A stretch of DNA of 64,000 nucleotides. Origin: the human T2T-CHM13v2.0 reference genome, Homo sapiens. The translations under genes were made by a program, and so were the position numbers. Below the pieces are notes generated by a model. That model made no database searches, was not told where the DNA came from, and worked only from the letters and a program-made list of their open reading frames with translations. The number at the start of each line of letters is the position of its first letter. Position 1 is the first letter of the stretch. Shown piece by piece: positions 37,406 to 54,260 of the stretch. The stretch lies in assembly GCF_009914755.1 (NCBI RefSeq), contig NC_060936.1. One strand, written 5' to 3'.

Positions 37406-38012
37406 CCTAGACCACACAGAAATTCAGGAAGGGCCATCCCCTGCCAGGCCAGCTTCACGGGTGAGGCCGGATCTGGCCATTAGGGAGAGGGCCAGGGCGC
37501 AGACCTAGTTCTGGCCTCGGCTCAGTCAGCCCCTCCCACCCCGGTCCCCTGATATGCCACATGGAGACGTGACTGCCTCCCCATCCTCCCCGTGGCAGTG
37601 CAGAGAGAATGAGATGACCCAGGACATGTGTCTGTTGTGAAGAGGGCACCCGGCTATAAACATGCCTCAGGGAACTATTGTTACACGAGCCTCCCTGAGC
37701 TCACCACTGGCTCCAGTTCAAGAACACGTCATGAAGCCAGCCAAGGTCTTGTAAAATAGGGCAACGGTGGTTTGGGCCTGGAGGAATCAGAAGCTCAGGG
37801 CTGCCTGCTTCAAAGGCTAAGTCTTCTGCAACAGGCTCAGCATGTTGGAATTTGACCCTGGCCAACAGGCTGGGCCGTCTGGTCTACCATCTACAAACCA
37901 ACAGCCCAACCCATTCAAGCAGGAGGGGCCGGTACCATTTCTCCCTTCAGGTTAAACCCTGCCACAGTTTTTAATTTTAATTGGGGTAAACATAAAATTT
38001 ACCAACTTAGCC

Positions 38013-38313
38013 TTTTTTTTTTTTTTTTTTTTGAGATGGAGTCTCGGTCTGTCACCCAGGCTGGAGTGCAGTGGTGTGATCTCAGCTCACTGCAACCTCT
38101 GCCTCCCAGGTTCAAGAAATTCTCTGCCTCAGCCTCCTAAGTAGCTGGGATTACAGGCGCCTGCCACCATGCCAGGCTAATTTTTGTATTTTTAGTAGAG
38201 ACGGGGTTTCACCATCTTGGCCAGGCTGGTCTTGAACTCCTGACCTCGTGATCCACCCACCTTGGGCTCCAAAAGTACTGGGATTGCAGGCATGAGCCAC
38301 TACACGCCCAGCC
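38013..38313 (-). mobile_element. Alu (AluS-like)
   Basis: TSD ccaacttagcc. Confidence 0.9.
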
Positions 38314-38314
38314 C

Positions 38315-39630
38315 AACTTAGCCATTTTTAAGTGTACAGTTCAGTGGCATTAAGGACATTTGCAATGTTGTGCAATTATCAGCAACATCCATCTAAAGAA
38401 CTCTTTCATCTTGCAAAAGTGAAACCCTGTACCCACTGAAAAAGAGCTCTGCACCCCCTCTCCCCCAGCCCCTGGCACCCACCATTCTCTTTTCTGTCTC
38501 TGTGGATCTGGCTACTCTAGGGAGCTCATGCAAATGGAATCGTACGGTATTTGTCCTGTTGTGGCTTATTTCACTCGCATAACTTCCTCAAGGCCCGTGC
38601 ATGTCGCAGCGTGCGTCCAAACGTCCTTCCTTTTCCAGGCTGAATCCTATTCCAACGTGTGGATGGGCCCCAGCTTCTTACCCACCACCCATCAGCGGAC
38701 ACTCGGGTTGCTCCCACCGTTGGGCCATCGTGAACAGCGCTGCAATGAACGCGGTGGCCAGATTCCTCTTCAAGTTCCCACTTCCATTTCTTTGATACCC
38801 AGAAGTGGGGTTGCCCCACCATATGGTAATTCTATGTTAAATTTTGGGGGGGCCTCCACACAGCAGCTGCACCATCCTACATTCCCAACAGCACACATGG
38901 GCCCCGATTTCTCCGCACCCTCACCCCAACAGCACACATGGGCCCCGATTTCTCCGCACCCTCACCCCAACGGCACACATGGGCCCCGATTTCTCCGCAC
39001 CCTCACCCCAACGGCACACATGGGCCCCGATTTCTCCGCACCCTCACCCCAACGGCACACATGGGCCCCGATTTCTCCGCACCCTCACCCCAACGGCACA
39101 CATGGGCCCCGATTTCTCCGCACCCTCACCCCAACGGCACACATGGGCCCCGATTTCTCCGCACCCTCACCCCAACGGCACACATGGGCCCCGATTTCTC
39201 CGCACCCTCACCCCAACGGCACACATGGGCCCCGATTTCTCCGCACCCTCACCCCAACGGCACACATGGGCCCCGATTTCTCCGCACACTCACCCCAACG
39301 GCACACATGGGCCCCGATTTCTCCGCATCCTCACCCCAACGGCACACATGGGCCCCGATTTCTCCGCATCCTCACCCCAACGGCACACATGGGCCCCGAT
39401 TTCTCCGCACACTCACCCCAACGGCACACATGGGCCCCGATTTCTCCGCATCCTCACCCCAACGGCATACATGGGCCCCGATTTCTCCGCATCCTCACCA
39501 ATATTTGAGATTTTCTGTTTTCTCAAGTGACCATCCTAATGGGTATGAGTGTGTCTCACTGATTCTCATTTCCCTAACGATGAGCGAGTGTCGCTGAGCA
39601 CACTTCCATGTCCCCGTTGGCTATCTGCAT
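38315..39630 (-). mobile_element. Old L1 (L1M/L1MB-like) 3' region, host of the VNTR
   Basis: Typical antisense L1M text (aagtgtacagttcagtggcattaag..., cagcccctggcacccaccattct..., cagctgcaccatcctacattccca...). Confidence 0.75.
38884..39499. repeat. Minisatellite/VNTR: 15 x 41 bp (ATGGGCCCCGATTTCTCCGCACCCTCACCCCAACGGCACAC)
   Basis: ATGGGCCCC recurs every 41 nt from 38897 to 39471 (15 copies). Confidence 0.97.
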
Positions 39631-39918
39631 TTTTTTTTTTTTTAAGACAGAGTCTTGCTCTGTTGCCCAGGCTGGAGTACAGTCTTGGCTCACTGCAACC
39701 TCTACCTCCCAGGTTCAAACGATTCTCCTGCCTCAGCCTCCTGAGTAGCTGGGATTACATACAGGCGCCTGCCACCACACCCGGCTAATTTTTGTATTTT
39801 TAGTAGAGACGGGGTTTCGCCATCTTGGCCAGGCTGGCCTCGAACTCCTGACCTTGTGATCCGCCCACCTTGGCCTCCCAAAGTGCTGGGATTACAGGCG
39901 TGAGCCACCGCGCCTGGC
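39630..39918 (-). mobile_element. Alu (AluSg-like)
   Basis: Reverse Alu consensus. Confidence 0.88.
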
Positions 39919-40215
39919 TGCCTGCATGTCTTCTTTGCAGGTGCTTGGTCCGTGTTTTAATGGGGTTGTCTGACTCTTGTTGTTGAGTTGTCCTCGCTTG
40001 ATTTTAGGACCAGAGTTAAGGCCCACACTCCATCTGCTCTCAACCTCCCTCCCCCGATCTTCTCGTCTCGGAAAATGGCTCCACCATCTACCAAACTCCT
40101 CAAACCTTGAGGAACCACCCTTGATTCCTCTCCTTCCCTCGCACCCCAGTCCACTGACCTATCTTGTTGACTCTCCCTGAAAAAAAACTCGAATATGTTC
40201 CCTTCTTTCCATTTA

Positions 40216-40955
<740 letters not shown>

Positions 40956-42699
40956 TCATGGCTCTTCCCTGCTCAGAACCCTCCATGGAATTGAAAACCA
41001 AATCTGAACTCCTCCAGGTGTCCTGCAAGGCCCCCACATGCCTGTCCCCTTTCACCCCCTCCAGTCACTTCTCCCAACCCCACTGGCCTGCTCCCTCTTC
41101 CTCCAACACAGCAGGCTCCTTCGCACCTCCGGCCTTTGAACCTGCTGTGCTCTTTGCCAGCTGCTCCCCAGCTCATAGAGCCCCTCCTCTGAGAGGCCCT
41201 CCTGACTCCCACATCAGAAGGAGTCCCCTTCCCAGCAGTGGCTCCATGTCAGCTCACCTGCCTCGTCCCCTTCCTAGCTCTTCTCGCCACCCCACCTCTT
41301 CCATGTGCTTCTCCATGGCCCATCCCTCCTGCTAAAGCGTAGCTGCCGTGAGCAGGACCAGGTCTCTTTTGTCCACGGCTGTAGCTCCAACACTTGGCAC
41401 GAGACCTGGCCCACAATTTGTGAGCAGTAAACATGGGCCGAAAGGATGAGTAGCTTTCCCTGCCACTTCAGCCCTGGGGGTCCCTCCTCCTCCTCCCACA
41501 GTCCTGTGTGCCCCATTCAGGTGGTTCATAAACAGCTGCCCGGAGCAGATTCTCCACTGGGGTTTGTCCCATCTGTAAAATGAGGGTTGTAAATGTGCCC
41601 AAACAGCTGGGGATGAATGCAAAGCGCCCCACGCCCCGTGTCACTCCCAGCCAGGAGCAAGAGGGCACCATGCCAGTGCTGCCTCTGGCCCAGGCAGTCA
41701 CCTGTCCAGGGGAAACAGGCCTCTAAGGCTCCAATGGCCTCACGCACTGGAGTTCATCAATAACACAAGCCGAGAAAGCCCCAGGAAAGCTGGAGACGCT
41801 GCCGGAAATGCAAAGCTGCTCATTCTTCCATCCGTCCCAGCTAAAGGGGTTCGAGGAAGCTCCTCCCCACACACCTCCCAGGGTGGAAGGGGACCTCATA
41901 TCTCAGCGGGGCTCTGGCCCTGGCCCCAGCATCCCAGTCCCTGTCTCTTCTCCCTGCCCCCACCAAGGACACAGATGCCCAGGCCTGCTGGCAGCTTCAT
42001 CACACTTATCTGCACTCCCAAGCCACAGATTACAGCTGTCAGGCCCAGAGGAAACGTGGCGGTCACATCAACCCTGACTCTGAAAAAAGCCCTGAAAGAC
42101 ACAGGGGTGTTTCCAGCACAGCAAGGTCTTACTGGAAAGGACCCCTGGACCCCAATGTCCTAGAGGTGTGCCCCACGACCCCACATGCCCCTCTTCACTG
42201 CTCTGGCCTTTGGGAAACACAGCCCTGTCCTTTACAAGGTCCTATTTGCGAAGCCTGCTGGGAGACAGAGGCCCAGGGCTCAGATGAGGATGGGTTCTGT
42301 GCGGGAACAAGAGATGCCAAGATTCACCTAGGTGCCCCAGCCAAGAGGCAGAAAAGCATGGGAACCGTGTGCCCTTGTGGGACGTGTGCCACGGACGGGA
42401 AGGATACGGGTGTGGGTCCCCCTCTGTGGACGCAAACATGTTTATTGCAGGAAGGAAAAACAAGGAACTATTAACCCAAGTCACCTCTGGAGCAAAGACC
42501 AGCTGGGGCCAGGGGAGCAGTGTCGTGCTGTGATCTTTCCAGAAGGCTGACTCTTTTTCCGTACACTTTTAATTTGTTTGATCATATCCCTATTTTACCT
42601 TCCTTATTTTTAATGCCAGCCAGGGCTTTCTGGGTAAGAGCTGGGCACACCCAGGGAGAGGCACGTGACCATCCGCAGCTGCTCTCCTTGGCCTCCAGT

Positions 42700-42852
42700 T
42701 TGTTTTGTTTTTGTTTCTTACTTTCTGTGGAGATGGGGGGGGGGGTCTTACTATGTTACCCAGGCTGGTCTTGAACTCCTGGCCTCAGGCGATCCTCCCA
42801 CCTCTGCCTCGCTAAGTGCTGGGATTACAGGCATGAGCCACTGCGCCTGGCC
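42700..42852 (-). mobile_element. Alu monomer (FLAM-like)
   Basis: Reverse left monomer. Confidence 0.75.
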
Positions 42853-43889
42853 TTGACTTCTGGTTTGTGAGATGGAAGAACATTGGCCCCATGTGCAGAG
42901 GTGGAAATCGGCTTTTAGGAAAAAAGTGAGTTTCCACAGGACCCAAGTAATGGGACCTGGATTTGAACCCAGAGCTCTGCAGATCTGAGGATTGGGCACC
43001 TGCACACATAGTGCTGGTCTGAAGCATGTCCCCTGCCAAATTCATGCCCACCTAGAACCTCAGAATGTGGCCTTATTTAAAAATAGGGTCTCTACAGATG
43101 TTACCAAGTTAAGGATCCCAAGATGAGATCATCCTGGATTTATGAAGGGCCCTACATCCAAGCTGGAGGCCCTCCAAGCCCAAGCTGGTGGGGTCTAGCC
43201 CCAGTTTGCTCTGTGACCCTCCAACATGGCCCTCAAAATCTCTGAGCCTCAGACCCCCACCTGAGGACTTATAAAAGGAAGAAGACTCAAATTCACACCT
43301 CAGAAAAGCACATGAGAACAATGCTGCACCACGTACCCTCACTGAGACCCCAGACATTCTCGAAGACTAAATCGTCTCAGGTGCTGGAGAGGATGTGAGA
43401 GCTGGGAGGGTGAACAGCAGTGGCCCTTCTGGAAGGCATGTTGGGTGAAAATGGCTCCCCCTCTGCCCTACAGCAATTCCACTCCTGCGCATCCCCAGGA
43501 AATTGTGGAGAAGTACAAGGCAGCAGGGTCCAGCATATTTGCTGTTTGTGGAGGCAGGAGTCAGACATAACCAAGGTACCCCCGTCGCTAAGGGAATAAA
43601 TACAACAGGATGAACATGAATTAGGGGGTCCAGGCAGCAGAAGGAAGCAATAAGCCTGATACACACATAGGAACACGGATAGATTTTAAACAGGGCAGCA
43701 CGAGGAATGTTGACACGAGTTACCGTGCATGGCATGGAAAAGCCGCCCTCTCCTCAGACGTGACAGGCCACATGAAGGGGGCCTCCCTGTGCCACCCCCA
43801 GCTCAAAGCACTTCCACCTCTAGCTCCCTCAGTCCTCACTGAATCCTATAGGAAGGCATGGTTTTAGCCCATTTTATAGGCACCCTACT

Positions 43890-44220
43890 ATTATGAGCTG
43901 AACAGTGTCCCCCCAAAATTCCCATGTTGCAGCCCTAACCCTCGGTGCATCAGAATGTGACTGTATTGGCGCGGGGGGCAGGGCCTTTAAATCGGTGATT
44001 ACGTTTAAATGAGGTCAGTGGGGTGAGCCCTAATCCAATCTGACTGACGCCCTTAAAAGAGGAGATTAGGACCCGCAGAGAGTCACCGGGGATGTGCGCA
44101 CACAGGGAGAAGGTGGCGTCTATGAGGCCGGGAGAGGGGTCTCCGGAGAAGCCAGCCCTGCCAACATCCTGATCTCAGACTTCCGGCCTCCAGAACTGTA
44201 CGGGAATACACGGTCTTTGG
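43890..44220 (+). mobile_element. MLT1A/B-like LTR (a shorter MLT1 fragment also at 43015-43160)
   Basis: tgtccccccaaaattcccatgttg...agccctaatccaatctgact...cagacttccggcctccagaactgt. Confidence 0.7.
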
Positions 44221-44856
44221 CCCATGCACCTGTTATGGACATTTTTTTCTTTCTTTCTTTCTTTTTTTTTTTTTTTTGAGACAGAGTCCTGCTCTGTTGC
44301 CCAGACTGGAGTGCAGTGGCACGATCTCGGCTCACTGCAACCTCTGCCTCCCATGCAGACTCAGACACCCACCAGAGACCAGAGACTCGAAGAGCCTGTC
44401 CATGGTCACACAGCAGCAGGAGGCAGGGCCGGGATCTGGACCCACACCTGCAGGCTCCGGAATCTAGGACTGCACAAGGTCCAAGGACACACTCAGGTTT
44501 ACAGACGCAGCCACACAGAGGATGGGCGCAGGGGCAGGGCGGGCTGAAGAGCGAGAGGGGTGAGGGGAAGGAGGGCATAAAAGGAGACCACTGAAAGCAG
44601 AAGCCAAGCGAGTTCCCGAACATGCGCGCTCCCAGCAGCACCGCTCCCGGCAGCCACCAGCCCAGACGCCCATCCACAGAGGCGCGGAAAAACAGCATGC
44701 AGTGCACCCGCACCGTGGAGGCCTGCTCAGCTACAAAAAGGAAAGCAGCACTCCACATGCCACACCACGGATGAACCCCAAAACATGACGCTAAGCGGAA
44801 GCAGCCAGGCACTTAAGGCCACACATTGCATGATTTCATTTATAAGAAATGTGCAG

Positions 44857-45660
<804 letters not shown>

Positions 45661-45914
45661 TTATGTGAATTTGAACTCAATAAATTATTAAATGAAAAAC
45701 AAATGATAGGATTGGAAACGCTGCAACCACTTTGGACAAGAGCTTGGCCCTTCTCCATGCAGGTGAAGACACGCACGCCATGACCAGACCCCCTACTCTG
45801 ACTGTCGGGCCCTAGAGGGATTCAGGCACATGTCCCTTGCAGGCAGGGACACGAGTGTGTCATAACCCAGAAGTGAACACAGTCACCGGCATCAGGGTTA
45901 AAACAGATGAACTG

Positions 45915-46417
<503 letters not shown>

Positions 46418-47218
46418 TTAGGGATGGCTATGAGGGAGTGATACTATAAAAAGCAAAGCAAGCTGGGACCAAACACAGTGTCTTCTGCAGGGGCTTCGGG
46501 GCAGATGAGCTTTCCCTCTTCTTCACGTGGGGTGATTGCATGCATGTTCATCTTAGTTACATATTTGATTGCATATGTCTTACACTTTCCTCAAAGTGAG
46601 CAAATTTCACAAAAAACAGAAATCCAAGACTCTGGGTGGAAAGTGCAAAGCGAGGGGTTGCAGCAGGTGGAGTCCAGGAGCCTGGGAACAGACAGTGGAA
46701 GGAAATCCCAAGGACAGGGGAGACTTGGCTGTTCCCAGAGCTGCCAAGGGATCCTGGCTGCAATGGGCTCTCGGCCAAGTAAGGCCAGTTTGACCTCCAC
46801 CTGCCTGCCAGGAGGCCAGACAGGGCCAAGATGATCTGGCACAAGAATTTCCACAAGGCTCTGAGGCCTGGGCATCTGGGCTAGTGGCTGCCGGGAGGCC
46901 CAGTTAGGGAGAGGCAAAACAGGAAAAGCCCCCACCTGCCACTCCATCCAGCCTCCCGTTTCCACCCGACCAGCCCTGAGACCCCAGGGTTTCCACAATC
47001 TTCCTGGCCCAGGGGATGAGTCAGGGATCAGATCCGCCATCTCTTCCCATGTGATGGCACTGGGGTGGGCAGAGGCTGGCCGAGGGCCGCTGAAGGATGG
47101 ACACATCACCGCTCAAAGGCAAGGAATGAGAGCCAGAAATTTTAGAAAGCAGGTGGAGGAAGGGACCAGGAGGAATTGCAGGCTTCTTCAACCCAAGAGG
47201 TTCAGACTTGCACTGTGA

Positions 47219-47825
<607 letters not shown>

Positions 47826-49224
47826 AATTCAAAATTTTTTAATGAACAACTACGACAAAAAGTGTTATTGGGGCCGTAAGGGAATCTGAACACAGACTGT
47901 CAGATTAAAGGTGTGGATCCTCGTGGCCTTCTTGAGTGGGGCCGTGGTCCACGGCCATGGAGAAGGACGTCCTTGTCCTTAGGATGCACCCAAAAGGCTC
48001 AGCAACGAGAGAGAGAGGATGCACATGCAGCAACTTGTACTTTTCTTCCCGTTTTTACAAAATAAAATCTTTGAAAATAGAACCTTGGGTGATGTGGTGG
48101 TGGAAGAACACACTGGGCTGCTTTATTTTACAAGCTGGATGCCTCCCTCGTGAGAACGGCAGAACGAGCCGTGGTACATCCGCACCGTGGAGCGTTTCCA
48201 GGCATCTAGAGAATCAGAGCGTGATCATCACCAGAAAATCCCAGCTGACTGAGGACGACATGGACAAGCGATGACAGCGTGAGAAACCCACGGTGCAGCA
48301 AAGCGTGCATAGTATGGTCCCATTTCAGCAAACTGCTGACAGATGGATCCCTCTCTATGTCTGTGTCTATCCGGTTAAGATGTTGGAAACAGCCAGCCCT
48401 TACTTGACACTTGCCGAGCTGCTATTTGAAGTGTGACATGTGCCAATTCTGCCACCTTAAAAGCCCTATGTAGGAGACACTTTTATTAACTTCATTTTAC
48501 AGAAAAGTAAAAAAGGCACAGAGAGGGTAAGTCACTTGCCTGAAGGCACCCAACTGGGAAGTGGCCAAGCCAGGATTTGAACCTGGGCTGCCTGCCTTCA
48601 AAGTCCATATGCTGGGGTCCACCTGAGCTGCTGGAAGCTAAAGCCCTGCCAAAGGCTGGAGAGAAGCCTGGGATGCTGCTGGGACACACTGCAGGGTAAA
48701 CCCAGTGGCTAGGATTCCAGATCAACTCCTCCACGGGTGCATCTGGGCAGCTCATCCCTCCCACCCCTACCTCATCCCCTCTCTGCCCACGGCACACCCC
48801 TGCAGCCTCTCACCTTGGGTGGACAAAGCCTGAACTTTGGCACACCAGCCCTGATATCTCCCCAACTTTTTAAAAAATGCCTCATCCCAGTCCTGCCGCC
48901 AGGATGTGAACAGGCAGGGGTATCAATGGGACCCTGGGAACTTTCTGCCTGAAGAACATTCGTTAATGACTTCCTCCGGCACCCACCCAGGCCCCTTCCA
49001 CCCTTGCTGCCCGGGCCCTCCTGGCCTCCATCCAGCTAGCCTGGGACAGTCGGCCCCACCCAGCACTGGCTGCTAACTATCTCCGTGGCCTTGAGTAAAC
49101 CTCTGCTACCTACAGAATTTGGTTTCCAAAGGAAAAATAAAAGATAGAACTGAGCTTCGGAACCCAAGTCAGTCCAGATCTAACAATCTGACAGCTGATG
49201 AAACTTTCCCCGTTAGAGCAATTA

Positions 49225-49860
<636 letters not shown>

Positions 49861-50742
49861 CTACTACCTCCTCAAGAGGCCTTGGTAAACAGAATAGTCA
49901 GCCAAACAAAATAATCTCTAATACTGTAACAGCCAGAGACAGTGAAAGGCAATGTGGGGATGAAGTGGGAAGCTACCTGGGGGCAAAGGGGCTCAGCCCC
50001 ATTTTTGCTGCCTATGGCCGCCTCTTCCCCCGACAACAGCCCCTCCTTTTTGCCTTTTGGGAACCACCCTACTCCTACCTGAGTCTCTGTGGGCAAGAAC
50101 TACTTCCCTCCCTGGCTCCAAATGGGCAGGCGACCCAAGGCTGACCAATCACAGCAGTCCATTACTCGAGCCACAGCAATTGGTCCAAGGATGCACATGT
50201 GATCCCAGCTCAGCCAATCACAGCCAATGAGCATTGACTCCATAAGTTGTGCCAGCCACTGAGAAAATTCTTTAATTCTCCTTCAATATCCCTCAGGAAG
50301 GTTCCCTTCCAAGAGCTTCTGGGAATTCCAAAGCAGTCAGTTTCTCCCTGACGTGGTGCAGATGCCATTTATTTTCTAAGCGTCAGAGGAAGCCACTGGC
50401 AAGTGAGACTGGGGCGTACATATAAAAACATAGGAATCTAATTCTAGAATCGCATTCAGCCTGTCCAGATGCCCTGTCACGGGACCCAGGAAGAACAGCA
50501 GGGTCACAAGAAACTCACTCCCTACATTGACACTAACCAAGTCTACTTATGAGGGTCACTGCTGTTTTCCTTTTTTTTTCTAATTGAATGCATGTAGATG
50601 ATTTTGCATGAATGACATGCTTATGGGCCACACCTCCACATTCCTGCACGGAGCAAAATCACAAGCAGAATGGACCTCGGTCTCCTGACTCAGCCTCGCA
50701 CAGTCCTGCTAATGAGAACAAAGTGAAACATAAAGGATTCCA

Positions 50743-51073
50743 TTTTTTTTTTTTTTTTTTTGAGATGGAGTCTCACTGTCACCTAGGCTGAAGTGCAGTG
50801 GCGCGATCTCAGCTCACTGCAACCTCCACCTCCCGAGTTCAAGCAGTCCTCCGCCTCAGCCTTCCAAGTAGCTGGGACTACAGGTGTGTGCCACCATGCC
50901 CAGCTAATTTTTGTGTTTTTAGTAGAGATGGGGTTTCACCATGTTGGCCAGGCTGGTCTCGAACTCCTGACTTCAAGTGATCCACCCACCTCAGCCTCCT
51001 AAAGTGCCGGGATTACAGGCATGACACCTGTAATCCTAACACTTTAGGAATAATGTAATAATGGCGCCCGGCC
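50743..51073 (-). mobile_element. Alu with a fold-back insertion near its 5' end
   Basis: Reverse Alu; TSD-like ataaaggattccatt / ataaatggttccatt. Confidence 0.88.
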
Positions 51074-51876
51074 TATAAATGGTTCCATTCTAAATAATGA
51101 ACCTTGGCTTAAATGCTCAGGGAGAGAAACACTCCCAGCCCCAGCCCCATCCAAGACACCTGATGGGACCAAGATGCCAACAGGAGGATCCCTGCTTCCT
51201 CCTGGAGGTAGGAGGTGGCCCCAGAAACAGCCTCCACGCTTCCTGTGGCCCTTCCACCATGACAGGTGCTGTCTCTTTACCCACCATCCACAGACAGCCC
51301 CGATGACATCTTTATACACCCGCATCCCTTCCTTCTGGCTACTCCACCTTCATGCTGGGGCAGGAAAGGGGTCAATCAAAAGCCACCAAAGCTCAGACAG
51401 GGAAACAGCCCAGCACTGGAACCAGGCAGAAGTCATTGAAATCCAGATGGAGTGTGTTAAGACTCAGGCCTACAATCTGTGGATGCATCCCAGGGACCCA
51501 GGCTTTGGGGTGTTCCCCAGGGCGTATGACCTCCCTTACCCCTCGCTACAGCCCGAGGAGGGAGGCCCGGAGAAACACGCCCGGCAGGGTTATGCAACTC
51601 ACCCACAGCCACAGAGACAGGAAGTGCAAGAGCCACTGCTGAACTCAGGGAGTCTGGTTCCAAAGTCCACGCTGCGGAGGACCCCCACTGGGGCCTCTCT
51701 GCCTTAGCCCAAGGTCCTACGCTAGGTGGTTCTCTGCCCTGGACAAGGGTCTCCAACTATGGAATGCAGCCATGAACGAGACAGATAAAGTCTCTGTCCT
51801 CATGGAACTCACACAAGTGGATGAGATAATTTCAGAGACTATTAAGGGCTCAGAAGGGAATAGCATGGTGTGGTTA

Positions 51877-52888
<1,012 letters not shown>

Positions 52889-53069
52889 TAAATCAGCAGA
52901 GCAAACAGCCCCATGATGACACTCCAGCATCCACTGGGAAACAACGGTGGCAGCTCGGTCTGGGGCGACGGCCACGGCAGGTGGAGGAGTAGGCCCCATT
53001 GCCCTGCACAGGACCACAACCTGCCACTGGTCACGAACCATCCTGTGAAACAACCCTTGTCTTTTAAAC

Positions 53070-54260
53070 ATCCTTTCAATAAATATTTGAGAACCTGCGA
53101 TTATGTGCTAGGCATCGTTCCAGGGGCTTGGGTCACGGCAACGAATAACACAAAGGTCCCTGCCCTCACAGTCCGACATTCTCATGGGGAGAAATAGACA
53201 ATAAACAATCAACATGATACCCAGGGAAGTTCCAGGGTATCTACAGTGGCTGACAGGTCTAAGCAGAGCGGGTAAGGAGGGCTGGCAGCACAGGGGGACA
53301 AGGGGGAACCTGCATGATGCACAAACGGAATCAGGGGAGGGTCTCCGTGAGCAAGTGAGAGCTAAACAGAGACCTACGGGAGATGAGAGGGCTTGTGTCA
53401 GGAGAGCTAAGGCGATTGGGCCCATGGGGCTGAGGAATGGCCAGGAGGCCATTGTGCAAGGGAAAAGGGAATGCGGACGTCGCCAGAAAAGTGGCAGGGG
53501 TGGATGGCACAGGCCCTGGGCCAGGTTAGGACCTGGCTGTGACTCCTAGGGGACGGGTCTGGCCATGTCAGGGCTTTGAGGGGAGGAGGTGCTAAGTGCA
53601 ATCTTGATGGGCTCCCATGGCTGCTTATTGAGAAACCCCACTGGGGAGCAAGGATGAGCACAGGGAGGCCAGTGAGGAGGCGGATGCAGGAATCTGGGGG
53701 AGAGGTGATGGTGCCTTGGACCAGAGGTGATGGCGCCTCGGGCGTGGTGAGAAGTAGTTGGAATCTGGGTATATTTAGATGATGAAGCTAGAAAACTTTC
53801 TGACGGGTTCTCTGAGGGAAGTGGAGAGAACAGAGTCAAGGCTGAGTGCAAGATGTTGGCCCGGGCAACTGGAAGATGGGGGGGCTATGATGGAGTGGGA
53901 AGCTGGTGGGAGCCACAGGTGTGGCCGAGGGTGATGAGGAGCCAGCCGGGGCGAGCGTGAGCTGCCTTTGACCCCGAGTTGAGATACGGACTCTGCTGTT
54001 GGACACTCGGGGGTGGGGTTCAGGGGAAAGGTCTGGGCCCAGGGATACCAATTTGGGAGTGGTCAGGACAGAGATGCCATTCAGGCGCAAGGCTGGAGGA
54101 GCCCACCCCAGGGATGAGGGATGAGGACACACAGAAAGGATGCCTGGAGCTCCACCAGCAGGAGGCAGGAGGCCAGGGAGATGAGGAGGCATCAGCAGGC
54201 AAGAAGACAGAGCAGCCAGGAAGGTGGGAGGAAAACCCAGAGAATGGAGATTTAAAGCGC
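53070..54260. mobile_element. L2 fragments
   Basis: caataaatatttgaga...tatgtgctaggca...ggtccctgccctcaca...; ggtgagaagtagttggaatctgggtatattt. Confidence 0.55.

Noticed and set aside
38884-39499. CRISPR-like array
   Set aside because: Units are contiguous with no unique spacers; eukaryotic context and no cas genes.
38528-39597. Three long overlapping plus-strand ORFs (326, 228, 219 aa) with a 41-aa periodic peptide
   Set aside because: Artefact of a stop-free 41-nt unit: 41 is not divisible by 3, so all frames cycle through the same peptide. They are antisense to SCARB1, inside L1 remains, with no gene signals.
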